Below are positions 25,053 through 34,657 of a stretch of 64,000 bases of DNA, piece after piece. This stretch comes from an archaeon (GTDB lineage: Archaea > Micrarchaeota > Micrarchaeia > Anstonellales > Bilamarchaeaceae). How positions within the stretch are numbered: position 1 is the stretch's first letter; each line of letters opens with the position of its first letter. Under the pieces are notes generated by a model. The model worked only from the letters and a program-made list of their open reading frames with translations, ran no database searches and was not told the DNA's origin. Made by a program: the position numbers and the translations under genes. The DNA is taken from the NCBI GenBank assembly GCA_020053355.1, contig JAGVNI010000019.1:7707-71706 (forward strand). Direction: 5' to 3'.

Positions 25053-26855
25053 ATGAGACCCGAGCCAGCGCTATTGCTCGCTATCGCCATCGCCACCATC
25101 AGCCTTTCCCTGAGTTCCATCGCCTACGGAGCGTGCGAGGGCAGCATATCCCAGAACGTTCCCGCGGTGGTCGGGGACGGGGGCGGCCTCGTGAATGTCA
25201 GCATAAGCCTCACGAGCGGACCGGGCCAGGTCTATGTTACGGTCTTCCCGCGGACAGGCGTCATGACCCAGGATTCCATCGAGCAGGCCGTCTCTTATGC
25301 ATACGGGCTTGCGCATGTGGAAGAAGGCTGCGACGTGCTCGTGGATTTCGGAGCCAACCCCTCGACAAGCTATATCGACGGGCCAAGCGCCGGGACGGCG
25401 CTGACAGTCATGACATACGCCCTCCTTGAGAACCGGACGCTCAGGAACGACACGGTGATAACCGGGACCATAGAGCAGGACGGGCAGGTGGGCCCCGTAG
25501 GCGGCCTCTACGAGAAAGCCAAGGGCGCCGCGACGAAGGGGGCCAGGTACTTCATAACGCCTGTCGAGAGCATATACGAGATGATGATGCTGCACAAAAT
25601 GGAGGAGCAGTACGGAATCAGGATGCTTCAGGCGCAGCGCGTGGAGGAAGTGATCGGATTCATGGTGGATAACCGGAGCATCGGCCAGGAAAGCCTGGAG
25701 GTGCCGGCCAGGGACGTGCCCGATGTCCCGCCGTACGATTCCTCGGGCATGGAAGCGTTCAAACCGGTAGCGGACAGGATGGTCGGCCTCGAGGGCGGGC
25801 TCGCCGCATCTGTTGAAGGCTCTGACAACCAAAGCGAGGCCATACGCGACTTCTTCAAATCCGAAGTGGAAAGGCAGGATGGCATAATAGCGAAAGGATA
25901 CTTCTTCACCGCCGCGAACGAGGCGTTCCTCAATTATATCGACCTGTCCACCATCAATGCCATAATCTCCGGCGACCCGGACCTTCCCCGCAAGAAAGGA
26001 GACGCAGGCATCTGCCTGACCGGCATCCAGAGGCCGAACCTCACCGACAGGAATTTCGAGTGGGTGGCCGGAGCGGACGAGCGGCAGGGCTGGGCATATG
26101 AAAGGATGGAAAGCACGGAGACGGACGACCGCATGCTGACCGATGAGAAATACGCAAAATACAACGAACTGATGTACGCGCAGGCCTGGTGCATCGTGGC
26201 TAAGGAGCTGGTTTCCGCAGCCCCGCAGGACGGCACCAGGATAAACGAGAGCGCCTGGAAAAGCATCGCGGGCGAGCGGATAAGCGAGGCCCGCGCCCTC
26301 AACCCCATCGACGCGGAATACGTGAAGAGGCTCAACATCGCGCAATCCAACTTTGACGCCGGCCGCTACGGTGCCGCGATATTCGATGCGGTGTATGTCA
26401 TCGAGAACGAGGAGGCGGCAGGGGAGAAGCCGGGCGATGGCAACATCAGCATGCTGATAGAAGAGCCGAGAGCATCCCTTTGGGGGAGGATTTACCAGTC
26501 GCATGCCGCGTTCCTGTATGCCCAGAACGAGAGCGGCGGCGCCTATCGCACGGCACGGTTTGCCAAAGGCCTGGACGAGGCCACTAAGCAGATGATTGAC
26601 GGGATGGAACCGCTTCCTGCAAACGCGCCGGAAACCCCTTCCGAAGAGCCGGCCGTGCAGGTGCGGGTGGAGGACAATACGCTGATGTTTGCCGCGGCCG
26701 CGGCGGTGTCTGTCTTTTTATTCCTTGTTCTGCTATTATTACTGACAAGGCGAACACATGGTGCTGACAGCGCGGGATTTGGCAAGGCTGATAGAGCTAA
26801 ACAAAAAAAAGGCGGAGCTCCAGTTCCAGGCAAAAGTGCTTGGCGCCAGCCCTGA
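25053..26855 (+). CDS. Secreted, C-terminally anchored Lon-like S16 serine protease domain protein
   Basis: Signal peptide. YIDGPSAGTALTV (catalytic Ser) and GGLYEKAKGAA (Lys) form the Lon proteolytic dyad. Helical middle region, then C-terminal TM FAAAAAVSVFLFLVLLLLL. Confidence 0.75.
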   Translation: MRPEPALLLAIAIATISLSLSSIAYGACEGSISQNVPAVVGDGGGLVNVSISLTSGPGQVYVTVFPRTGVMTQDSIEQAVSYAYGLAHVEEGCDVLVDFGANPSTSYIDGPSAGTALTVMTYALLENRTLRNDTVITGTIEQDGQVGPVGGLYEKAKGAATKGARYFITPVESIYEMMMLHKMEEQYGIRMLQAQRVEEVIGFMVDNRSIGQESLEVPARDVPDVPPYDSSGMEAFKPVADRMVGLEGGLAASVEGSDNQSEAIRDFFKSEVERQDGIIAKGYFFTAANEAFLNYIDLSTINAIISGDPDLPRKKGDAGICLTGIQRPNLTDRNFEWVAGADERQGWAYERMESTETDDRMLTDEKYAKYNELMYAQAWCIVAKELVSAAPQDGTRINESAWKSIAGERISEARALNPIDAEYVKRLNIAQSNFDAGRYGAAIFDAVYVIENEEAAGEKPGDGNISMLIEEPRASLWGRIYQSHAAFLYAQNESGGAYRTARFAKGLDEATKQMIDGMEPLPANAPETPSEEPAVQVRVEDNTLMFAAAAAVSVFLFLVLLLLLTRRTHGADSAGFGKADRAKQKKGGAPVPGKSAWRQP

Positions 26856-27570
26856 GGGCGAACTGAGAAGGGTGGCATCGAATGCAGAGGAACTGGCTGA
26901 CCGGGCGAAAGCCGCAGGGATAAGGCTTGTTTTCCCGAATCAGGACATGCTCGACGAACTGGCAAGCGCCCTTGAGGAGTTCCCGCCGGACGCCATACGT
27001 GCGGGCATCAAAGTCAAGGACGGGAAGGCGTACCAGACGCTCAAAGAACGCGGGATGATAGTGAAAAAGAACTACGAGAACCGCTCCGAGATAGCAAAGC
27101 TCCTGGTTATCATAGCGAGGATGGCCGCTGAGGAAAGGGAGGCGGTTATCCGCGCCATCGCATCCGGCTCGTTCACGGCCCCGCTCAGCGTCGCCTCGCT
27201 GGATGATCCGGCAAGGATAAAACTCGCCAGGTTCCTACGCCGCTGCGGCATGGCATGCGCGTTATCGGGCAGCGTTTTGGCGCCTGATTCGGCCGGGGCA
27301 GGCGATAGGGAGATAAAAATCGAGATGCCAAACCGAAGCGTCTGGGTGAGCGAGGCGGCCAAGGACCGGCTGGAAGCGAACCTGAAGAAGATGCAGCATC
27401 TGAATGCCCGCATACAGCTGAAAAACGCCGAGCGCCAGATAAAGGTGTTCAGCGACGAGGAAGAAGGTGTTTTCGCCACCCTCCAGAAAGAATACCTAGA
27501 CCTCCTCAAGGAACAGGACGAGGTGCTGAAGGAATTCAACGAAGAGGAGAGCCTTACGGCGAATCTATAG
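26758..27570 (+). CDS. Hypothetical protein with C-terminal coiled coil
   Basis: 270-aa ORF. Its first 98 nt overlap the 3' end of the preceding gene in another frame, so the start is uncertain. No family recognised. Confidence 0.45.
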   Translation: MVLTARDLARLIELNKKKAELQFQAKVLGASPEGELRRVASNAEELADRAKAAGIRLVFPNQDMLDELASALEEFPPDAIRAGIKVKDGKAYQTLKERGMIVKKNYENRSEIAKLLVIIARMAAEEREAVIRAIASGSFTAPLSVASLDDPARIKLARFLRRCGMACALSGSVLAPDSAGAGDREIKIEMPNRSVWVSEAAKDRLEANLKKMQHLNARIQLKNAERQIKVFSDEEEGVFATLQKEYLDLLKEQDEVLKEFNEEESLTANL

Positions 27571-27584
27571 ATGATTGGGAACGC

Positions 27585-29150
27585 TCACAGCTTTTTCACC
27601 ATGTAATGACCCTCCAGATGATAACCGTGCCTGCGGTAATACTCGCGCACCCCGACACCGCTTATTATATGCAGGCTGCCTTTTCCCGCATCCCTTGCCG
27701 CGTCTTCGGCGGCCGAAAGCAGTTTTGAACCAAGGCCGCGATGCTGGACCAACCCGCGCCCGGAAAGTGGCGCTTCGCTGCCATAGACGTGCAACTCGCG
27801 GATGAATGCTGCATCAGGGCCAATTCGGCTGCATTCGCACCCGGCGCCCGCCCTGGAGGGGAACCGCAGCCGGATGAAGCCTGCCACCAAGCCGTCTTCG
27901 TTTTCGTATGAGAGGAATGATTCGGACCCCCCGCTTGCGCGGTAATCCGTCCGACCAATGGCGAAATCGGCAAGCGTTGGACGGCGGCCGCCCTGGAGCC
28001 CGATTTCCCGGCACCGTATTTCGCGCGGCACAATCCCTTTTTCCTTGATTTCCAGCTCCACAAGTTCGCGGAGGTTGCTTTTTTTCACGCCGCTAGCGAT
28101 TAGCCGGGCGGGAATGTCGCGCTGAATCCTCATAACGCGGACATATCTTGGGATGTGGCGGTAGAACTCGGATATCACGTCCGCGGCTTCTTCGGATGAG
28201 TATGGCACGTACTCTCCCGTGTCCGCAAGCGCCGCCAATGGCGTCCCTTCCAGCACCAGGGTGGGGTAGATTTTCAGCATGTCCGGCTGGAAGCGTTCGT
28301 CGGAAAATAGCTTTTTCATAAAGGAGATGTCCTTTTCCCTGCCTGCGCCAGGAAGGCCGGGCATGATATGGTAGAGGACCTTGAAGGCGGCATCCTTGAG
28401 GGCGCGGGTCGAGTCCGTGACGTGCCTGACGGTATGGCCCCTTTGGATGAGCAGGTATATCCTATCGTCCGCATGCTGGACGCCGAGTTCGACGCGCGTG
28501 GCGCCATAGGAGAGCATCTCGCCGATGTATTGCGCGCAGGCATCCGGGCGGGTCTCTATCGTCAGCCCGACGGCCCGGTGCGTTTTCGCTATCCCGTTGG
28601 CGTGGATTGCGGCATCGAGCGTTTCTGACCGGAAGCCGTTCAGCCCTTCATAGACGCCTTTGACGAAGGAGCGCTTGTATGCCGCGTCCATCTCGAGGAA
28701 TGTGCCACCCATGATGATTACTTCGCATTTGTCCGCAGGGTGGCCGCCGCCCTCGAACTGGGCGACGCGGCCAGATGACTGGAGGTATGGGTCGAAGCCG
28801 CACTGCCTGCTCCGCAGCGCGGCAGGCTCGAACCCGCTGTAGCTTTTCGCGGCGAGGCCCGAGGATGGGCAGTATATGCAACCATGGCTGCAGGAACCCT
28901 GGGGTTTTATCATGACAGCCACCGGGGTCACGCCCGAGATGGTACGCGCGGGGCGCTTCATGAGCAGGGCCTTCAGTTCCGGGGTGAGGCGTTCACTTGG
29001 AATGCGGGCGAGGATTTCCGGGTTCTTTATCATGTTCGCTATGCCATTGCGCCTGCATTCCTGCCGCTTAACCCAGTCCAGGCTGTGCACGGCCGCTTCT
29101 CCGGCAAGGATTCGCCTGACGATTGAATCTATGGCCTCCCGCCTTGTCAT
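27585..29150 (-). CDS. elp3: ELP3-family radical SAM/GNAT tRNA-modification acetyltransferase
   Basis: 521 aa. SHGCIYCP radical-SAM cluster motif, central TIM-like region, and a C-terminal GNAT (HRGLGSKLLSAAE). Confidence 0.9.
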   Translation of the reverse strand: MTRREAIDSIVRRILAGEAAVHSLDWVKRQECRRNGIANMIKNPEILARIPSERLTPELKALLMKRPARTISGVTPVAVMIKPQGSCSHGCIYCPSSGLAAKSYSGFEPAALRSRQCGFDPYLQSSGRVAQFEGGGHPADKCEVIIMGGTFLEMDAAYKRSFVKGVYEGLNGFRSETLDAAIHANGIAKTHRAVGLTIETRPDACAQYIGEMLSYGATRVELGVQHADDRIYLLIQRGHTVRHVTDSTRALKDAAFKVLYHIMPGLPGAGREKDISFMKKLFSDERFQPDMLKIYPTLVLEGTPLAALADTGEYVPYSSEEAADVISEFYRHIPRYVRVMRIQRDIPARLIASGVKKSNLRELVELEIKEKGIVPREIRCREIGLQGGRRPTLADFAIGRTDYRASGGSESFLSYENEDGLVAGFIRLRFPSRAGAGCECSRIGPDAAFIRELHVYGSEAPLSGRGLVQHRGLGSKLLSAAEDAARDAGKGSLHIISGVGVREYYRRHGYHLEGHYMVKKL

Positions 29151-29182
29151 CGCATGTAATGATGCAGAGCGGTGTTTTTATT

Positions 29183-29992
29183 TTAATTGAAGAAGTTGGA
29201 AAGCAACCCCGCCAATGCGTAAATCGGCGCTTCGAATATCGGGAACACGACCGCGCCGTTATTGGCCGCCTTGTAGTCGCCAAGCAGGTCGGAGCGGACG
29301 AACAGCGTCACGTTCTCGGATTCTGCGATGTTCTTGCTGGCCAGGGACACTGCGTTGACGGTGGTCTTGTAAGTCTCTTCCTCGGTCGCGACTATCTCGT
29401 AATTGAACGTCTTCGAGCTCTGGGCAGGCACGAAGACCGGTTTCGTGAACTCCCACCTCTTCGCTCCGGTGGCGCTGACCTGGAAGACGTCGCTGGTCGA
29501 GCCCTTGTTCGTTATCGTTATCGCGAACCGGGCGGGCTGGCCCGGGCCGACGCTCCGGTAATTGGGCGACACGTCGAAATCAATCACATCCCAGGTTATG
29601 CGCACTTTCACCATGAAGGTGATGTTCCCAAGCTCCTCGCCGTTGTTCTCATCGATGACCGTTATCCTCGTCGTATAGTTGCCTTCCGGCGCATCCGGGT
29701 CGGCCGTTATCGTCACCATCAGGGGGTTCTGGTAGAGCTTGCTGTCCTGGCTCGTCCAGCCCCTAGGAAGGTCCCCGACCTTGGCCTCGTCATAGAAGCC
29801 GCCTTCACCGTGGATTCCGCCGGTCGTGACCTCCGGGTCGATAAGGAGCAAGACCGTCTGCCCCGGGCCAATCGTGCCCAGGTCGATTGTGTCGCCACTT
29901 TCGACGTTCCGCACGGCGGGCGAAACGAGGTTGATGGCGAACGAGAATGAGACGATAAGCATCAGCGCAAATATGGTGGTCCTGCTCAGCAT
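29183..29992 (-). CDS. Secreted surface protein with Ig/CARDB-like beta-sandwich repeats and a hydrophobic C-terminus
   Basis: 269 aa. Signal peptide, repeated V.I.V.N.G patterns (FAITITNKGSTSDVFQV), C-terminal APIYALAGLLSNFF. Confidence 0.55.
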   Translation of the reverse strand: MLSRTTIFALMLIVSFSFAINLVSPAVRNVESGDTIDLGTIGPGQTVLLLIDPEVTTGGIHGEGGFYDEAKVGDLPRGWTSQDSKLYQNPLMVTITADPDAPEGNYTTRITVIDENNGEELGNITFMVKVRITWDVIDFDVSPNYRSVGPGQPARFAITITNKGSTSDVFQVSATGAKRWEFTKPVFVPAQSSKTFNYEIVATEEETYKTTVNAVSLASKNIAESENVTLFVRSDLLGDYKAANNGAVVFPIFEAPIYALAGLLSNFFN

Positions 29993-30057
29993 GCGCCAAT
30001 ATCTGTCTTAAGGATTAAAAACTTGCCCGAAAGCGCGCCTATCCGTCCGGCTCGCCA

Positions 30058-31569
30058 TCAGAGGAACGCTTCGACGTTCTTCGCCTTCTTCTCGGCGTTC
30101 TCCTCGAATTCGATGGCCTGCCGGTGGAGCGGGGCGCCTTTTTCGCGCTTTTCGGATTTGCGGTCGCGGACGCTTATGAATACGGGGTAGTTGACCGCCT
30201 CGCCGACAAGAATCGCTTCGCCGACTTTGAGGCCGGTGATGCTCTTTGCCACGCGGGCATCGATGCCTTCTGAACTCATCTGGATATGGTCCAGGTCATT
30301 CGGATTCGTCACGCGCAGGATGATGTGGGTGTTACACTGGGAGAGAGCAGTTGTGCTGAGGTTGACCGGGCGCTGGCTGATGAGGCATAATGATGCACCG
30401 AATTTGCGGCCTTCCCGCGCAATCGTCTCTATTATCGCCCTGCTCACGGCTTCGCTTTCCTCGGCCTTTTCCCTCGCGAAATTGTGCGCTTCCTCGATAA
30501 GCAGCATGAACGGCGGGATTTTGCCCTTCTTCCGAAGCAGGAAAAGCCGCCTCGCCACCAGGGAGACGAGAATCTGCTTCTTCCGGAGCGAGTCTATCGG
30601 GCTGAAATCCAGTATGAGGAGGTGCCCGGGCCGGACCTGGGTGAGCAGTTTCGGGTTTTCGGTTTTGCGCGAGAGGAAACGGTGGCGCTTCAGCTCTGAG
30701 AGGCTGCGCTTCAGGGCGCGCTTCACCTCGTCTTTGGATACGTCTGCGGAATCTATGGCCGCAATCAGCTCCTTGAACGAATAGCCATCGGCGTCTTTCT
30801 TCGATTCCCGAAGCCCGCTTAATGCGAGCCGGAGCACGTCGCGTTGCGGTGCGGAGAGGTGCGGGAGCCACTCCATCATGGTTTCGGGGTTAACCTTCTT
30901 GAGAGGAATCGCGATATCGCCGCCTTCTATCACGGTGGTCTTCTTGCCGAAGACGGGGTCATGCGCGAACCCCCCGTACTCGCCATGGATGTCGACGACA
31001 ACCACTGCGACCCGGCCGTCTTTCTGCTCGCGGGAGAGAAGCTCCTCGAGAAGCACGCTCGCAAGGTGGGATTTCCCGGCCCCGCTCATTGCAAGGATAG
31101 CAAGATGCTTCTGCAGGAGGCGCGTCATGGATATGCGCGCGGGCACATCATGATGCTCGATTGAGCCGAGAAAGAGGCCGTTCTCTTCAAAGCCGAGGAA
31201 TGAGCGGAGCACGTCCGGCTCAGCACCATAGACCGCGGCGCCCGGGGATGGGGGCATGAACGCGCGCTGGAACCTCCCCCCGTCGAACACGCCAAGCACC
31301 TTGACGAGCGCGATGACATATTCCCAGGAATCGGTTGGGAACTGGTTCGATATCCCGGGGCCCCGCTCGAAATCAGCGACGCTTTCCGCGCGCTCATAAT
31401 ACCTGTTGGCCTTGAAGACTTCTGAGACGAACCCGAAAAGCAGGCCTTCCCCGTGACGGAGCTGGACGTATTGCCCCTTCAGGACGCCTTTGCCCTTAAC
31501 GACAAAGGAGAATTCTGAGGTGGACGGCGATTCATCTGCGGCAATCACAGTCCCCAGGGGTTCGCTCAT
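30058..31569 (-). CDS. herA: HerA-like (DUF87) FtsK/HerA-superfamily ATPase
   Basis: 503 aa. N-terminal HAS-barrel-like region, Walker A AMSGAGKSH, Walker B LLIEEAHNF. No adjacent NurA. Confidence 0.8.
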   Translation of the reverse strand: MSEPLGTVIAADESPSTSEFSFVVKGKGVLKGQYVQLRHGEGLLFGFVSEVFKANRYYERAESVADFERGPGISNQFPTDSWEYVIALVKVLGVFDGGRFQRAFMPPSPGAAVYGAEPDVLRSFLGFEENGLFLGSIEHHDVPARISMTRLLQKHLAILAMSGAGKSHLASVLLEELLSREQKDGRVAVVVVDIHGEYGGFAHDPVFGKKTTVIEGGDIAIPLKKVNPETMMEWLPHLSAPQRDVLRLALSGLRESKKDADGYSFKELIAAIDSADVSKDEVKRALKRSLSELKRHRFLSRKTENPKLLTQVRPGHLLILDFSPIDSLRKKQILVSLVARRLFLLRKKGKIPPFMLLIEEAHNFAREKAEESEAVSRAIIETIAREGRKFGASLCLISQRPVNLSTTALSQCNTHIILRVTNPNDLDHIQMSSEGIDARVAKSITGLKVGEAILVGEAVNYPVFISVRDRKSEKREKGAPLHRQAIEFEENAEKKAKNVEAFL

Positions 31570-31615
31570 ATGAGCCCATATCGCGCTTTTGGATTATAAA
31601 CGCTTGCAAAAAAAG

Positions 31616-32332
31616 TCATTTCTTCATGGCCTTCATGAGCACGGCTGCGACGGCGATGCCGCCGACAAGAAGCACCACGCCCCCGCCGATTAGGGCAAGG
31701 AGCGGCATGTCAAGCTCCTTGGATTTCACCTTGATGTAGTTGCCGTCCTCCATCAGGTCGAGAACGTTGTATCTGGCCGTCTTTTTCCCGGATGGGTCGA
31801 TAACCACTTCACCGTTATCCGCGCTGGTGAGTTCCCCTGGCATTTCCACGGTGTAAGTCATCGAAGCGCCCGCCGTCCTTAGCGTCGCCGCTCCGAGCTT
31901 CGCCGAAGGGTCCTTGAAGTCCGAATCGGTCTGGGTGCCGCTCCCCCCGTTTGTGGACAAATCAGCGGATTTGATTATCTCCGGGAGCTTCCGCAATTCC
32001 AGGGTATAGACGGTGTATGGGAACTCTGAGGCCTTGCTGAACAGGTATTGGCCATCGCCGGGTTTCACGGCCTTGGTTACGTTTATCACGCCGTCGCTGT
32101 AAGTGCAGTTCACGTCAGTCTCACCTTTGGTGATGTTGACGCATATGGTGGATAGCTGGTCGGAAGCGCTTGCATACTGGCTTCCCGCCGAAAGCAGCGC
32201 GCTCATGTCAATCGTTTGGGTCATCACCGAGTTGCCGTCCCGGTCGAGTTTCTGCGTGTAGTCAATAGATATGCAGCCGAAAAGGAACAATGCGGCGAAT
32301 CCAAGAACCAGGAATAAGGAGCGCGTTTCCAT
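31616..32332 (-). CDS. Lipobox surface protein with C-terminal TM anchor
   Basis: 238 aa. LFLFGC lipobox and C-terminal LLALIGGGVVLLVGGIAVAAVLMKAMKK. Confidence 0.6.
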   Translation of the reverse strand: METRSLFLVLGFAALFLFGCISIDYTQKLDRDGNSVMTQTIDMSALLSAGSQYASASDQLSTICVNITKGETDVNCTYSDGVINVTKAVKPGDGQYLFSKASEFPYTVYTLELRKLPEIIKSADLSTNGGSGTQTDSDFKDPSAKLGAATLRTAGASMTYTVEMPGELTSADNGEVVIDPSGKKTARYNVLDLMEDGNYIKVKSKELDMPLLALIGGGVVLLVGGIAVAAVLMKAMKK

Positions 32333-32466
32333 GGCGTATTCGTAGGAGGCAATTTTTTTAAATGTAGGCCAAACGGGATGCGGATGGTGCGGGAACGGGG
32401 GGGAGCATTCGCGGGATTATCGATAGATATTTAAGAGATAATTGACGTAATCACGTCGGTATTATT

Positions 32467-32724
32467 ATGGCAGCACAACGAATGAAACCGCAGGAAGAGG
32501 CCGGGCAGACCCCGACTCAATTTAGTTTATCGATACCTCGGATGGAGAATCAAAACACCCTGAGCCCACCCAGGCAGATACCGAATGGCTACGAATTCAA
32601 CTTGGGAGGCACGAAGCTGCGCATCACGACCGAGGTCACGCCGACTAGCCAGATGCTTTACCTGTCGATTGACCTGAACTCCCTTGCGGCTCCTGCGCGG
32701 GCCGAGCCAAGGCGAAGCCGCTAG
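32467..32724 (+). CDS. Small hypothetical protein
   Basis: 85-aa ORF with an atatttaag box about 35 nt upstream. No homology recognised. Confidence 0.3.
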   Translation: MAAQRMKPQEEAGQTPTQFSLSIPRMENQNTLSPPRQIPNGYEFNLGGTKLRITTEVTPTSQMLYLSIDLNSLAAPARAEPRRSR

Positions 32725-32795
32725 GATTCAGGAGGGTGCGGCATAATCCACGCCACAGGCTAATCCAAGCACAGAGCATTCCTAATCAGGTAAAA

Positions 32796-33575
32796 TCAGG
32801 TGCGCCGGAAACGCTGCTTCGACGAAGGGGGCGCATCGCTCTGCCGCCCGCCGAACTTCGCGAGGTCGCTTGCCGAGGGCGCGTTCCTTGGATTCACGAA
32901 CCGGTCCGCTGCCGACCCTATTATGGCCGGGATTATCGAGTGGGGTTCGCCCTGTTTTTCCTCCGCAGGCCCGGCTGTCCCATCCTGACCGATTTTCGCA
33001 ACGCGTACGCCCTTTGCCGACGGGGACCGTTCGAAAATGTAAACCAGGGAATGAGGAACCGCGGCCGCCGTCTCCACCCGCTCGACAGTCTGCAAATCCA
33101 CGAGGCCCATGCGATTCAGGGTCTTTTTATCAGGAGCGGGGACTTTCTCCCCGGGAACAGGCTTGATGAACAGGACGGCGACGACCGGCTTTGAGCGGCC
33201 GGAATCCTTGACATTGGCGGATATCACATAAGCTCTGGGGGAATAAAGAAGCCGGTCCGCGGCGGGCCCTGAGACGGGTGGCACGAGGAAGCTCGGCTCG
33301 CCGCCCACCCTTGCGCGGCTGACTTCGCAATTCCCCCAGTCCAGGCGGACGACCTCGACGGAAACGGATGCGGGGGAGCGGGCGTATAGATAGAGCGTCG
33401 GCTCGGTGGGCTGGCTGGAAAGGGGCTTCACCTCGTCGACAGACTGGACGTCGGCAAAACCTGCGCGGCAAAGCGTCTGCATTTCCGGCGGGCTGTTCGA
33501 AAACAGCACGCCTGCGATTGGCCGGACGCTTTCCCCTTCCCGTGCCACGCCTGAGATGATGAATGACCTATCCAT
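32796..33575 (-). CDS. Hypothetical protein made of two tandem ~110-aa repeats
   Basis: FIISGVAREGESVRPIAGVLFSN...LYLYARSPASVSVEVVRL is paralleled by YVISANVKDSGRSKPVVAVLFIK...LVYIFERSPSAKGVRVAKI. Confidence 0.55.
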   Translation of the reverse strand: MDRSFIISGVAREGESVRPIAGVLFSNSPPEMQTLCRAGFADVQSVDEVKPLSSQPTEPTLYLYARSPASVSVEVVRLDWGNCEVSRARVGGEPSFLVPPVSGPAADRLLYSPRAYVISANVKDSGRSKPVVAVLFIKPVPGEKVPAPDKKTLNRMGLVDLQTVERVETAAAVPHSLVYIFERSPSAKGVRVAKIGQDGTAGPAEEKQGEPHSIIPAIIGSAADRFVNPRNAPSASDLAKFGGRQSDAPPSSKQRFRRT

Positions 33576-33642
33576 GATTAAACACCAAGTTACAATAATG
33601 AGTTGGATGGTCGGATTTATTATTTTATGTATCCGGGGGAGG

Positions 33643-34140
33643 TCAATCGAAATTCATCCTTCCGAACTTGATGAAAAGGGGCTTCTCCTGCGCAAAATCC
33701 ACTACGGCGATTGCAAGCTCCTTGCGAAGGCGCCCGGCGGCCTCCAGTGACGGCATGAGGCTTTCGGGGCTGATTTTCCAGTCCTTGGGGACGACCTCGA
33801 TAAGATAATACGTCTTGTCCTCCCCGGGCCGGAATCCCTTGCGGTGCAGGCGCAGGTAATCCGTGCCATCCAGGCTCGGCCGGACGATATAGCCGCGTTC
33901 CCGGAGGTATTTCATCACATGGAATTTTTCCCGCGCCAGTTTGTCCTTATCAAGCGCCCGGGACAGGAGTTCCTCCTTTTCCAGCGGCAGCACTCCGCGC
34001 CCTGCAAAGTAAGCGGCTTCCAGATAGGTTATCCGGGTCTCCTCGGCATCCTCCACGCCCGCCCCAAGGCTGCGCAGCTTGAGTATGAGCGGCTTCTGCC
34101 GGATGATTAGGTAGTCGTTCGCGAATTCAATGCCTTCCAT
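33643..34140 (-). CDS. endA: tRNA-splicing endonuclease subunit (EndA)
   Basis: 165 aa. YLRERGYIVRP...HRKGF...YYLIEV...ELAIAVVD matches the EndA catalytic-domain layout. Confidence 0.75.
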   Translation of the reverse strand: MEGIEFANDYLIIRQKPLILKLRSLGAGVEDAEETRITYLEAAYFAGRGVLPLEKEELLSRALDKDKLAREKFHVMKYLRERGYIVRPSLDGTDYLRLHRKGFRPGEDKTYYLIEVVPKDWKISPESLMPSLEAAGRLRKELAIAVVDFAQEKPLFIKFGRMNFD

Positions 34141-34156
34141 TCAAAAAACCCCGCCG

Positions 34157-34606
34157 TTATGTCCCGTCTCCGTTGCCTCCTTTGGCCCGGATTTCGCCCA
34201 GTATCTTCTTCAGGTCGTCATGCTTGACATCCGGCATGTGGATGGCCATGTTCATGCCTCCGGCCGTATCGATGTTCAGGGTTCCCACCCCGAATGCCCT
34301 CTGCACCAGCCCCTGTACATAGCTGGTCTCGGTTATCTTGGCATACGGAAGCATTATCCTGCGGGTCGCCAGGATGCCGGATTGGAACAGCATGCTGTTC
34401 TCATCAAGGGTGAGCGTCTGGAACCGCGAGGCAAGGAAGGCGATAAGCACGAAGACGAGCCCCACTAGCCACACGGAGATAATGAGGGGGTACAGGATGC
34501 GTTCGAGTATGTCCCTCATGACGAATACAAGGGCGCTCAATAGGAGGGTCATGATTATGACCTTCGTCACAGCCACGACGGGGTGCGGATGGAATGAATG
34601 CGCCAT
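34157..34606 (-). CDS. Membrane protein with bacterial-PH (bPH_2/YdbS-like) domain
   Basis: Start at ATG 34606 (MAHSF...). Two TMs, then LPYAKITETSYVQGLVQRAFGVGTLNIDTAG, typical of DUF304/bPH_2. The longer ORF overlaps rnhA antisense. Confidence 0.65.
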   Translation of the reverse strand: MAHSFHPHPVVAVTKVIIMTLLLSALVFVMRDILERILYPLIISVWLVGLVFVLIAFLASRFQTLTLDENSMLFQSGILATRRIMLPYAKITETSYVQGLVQRAFGVGTLNIDTAGGMNMAIHMPDVKHDDLKKILGEIRAKGGNGDGT

Positions 34607-34657
34607 GCGATTCTTAGGCTGGCGCAGATTTAAATCATTGCGTCCGAAGGTTAAACC

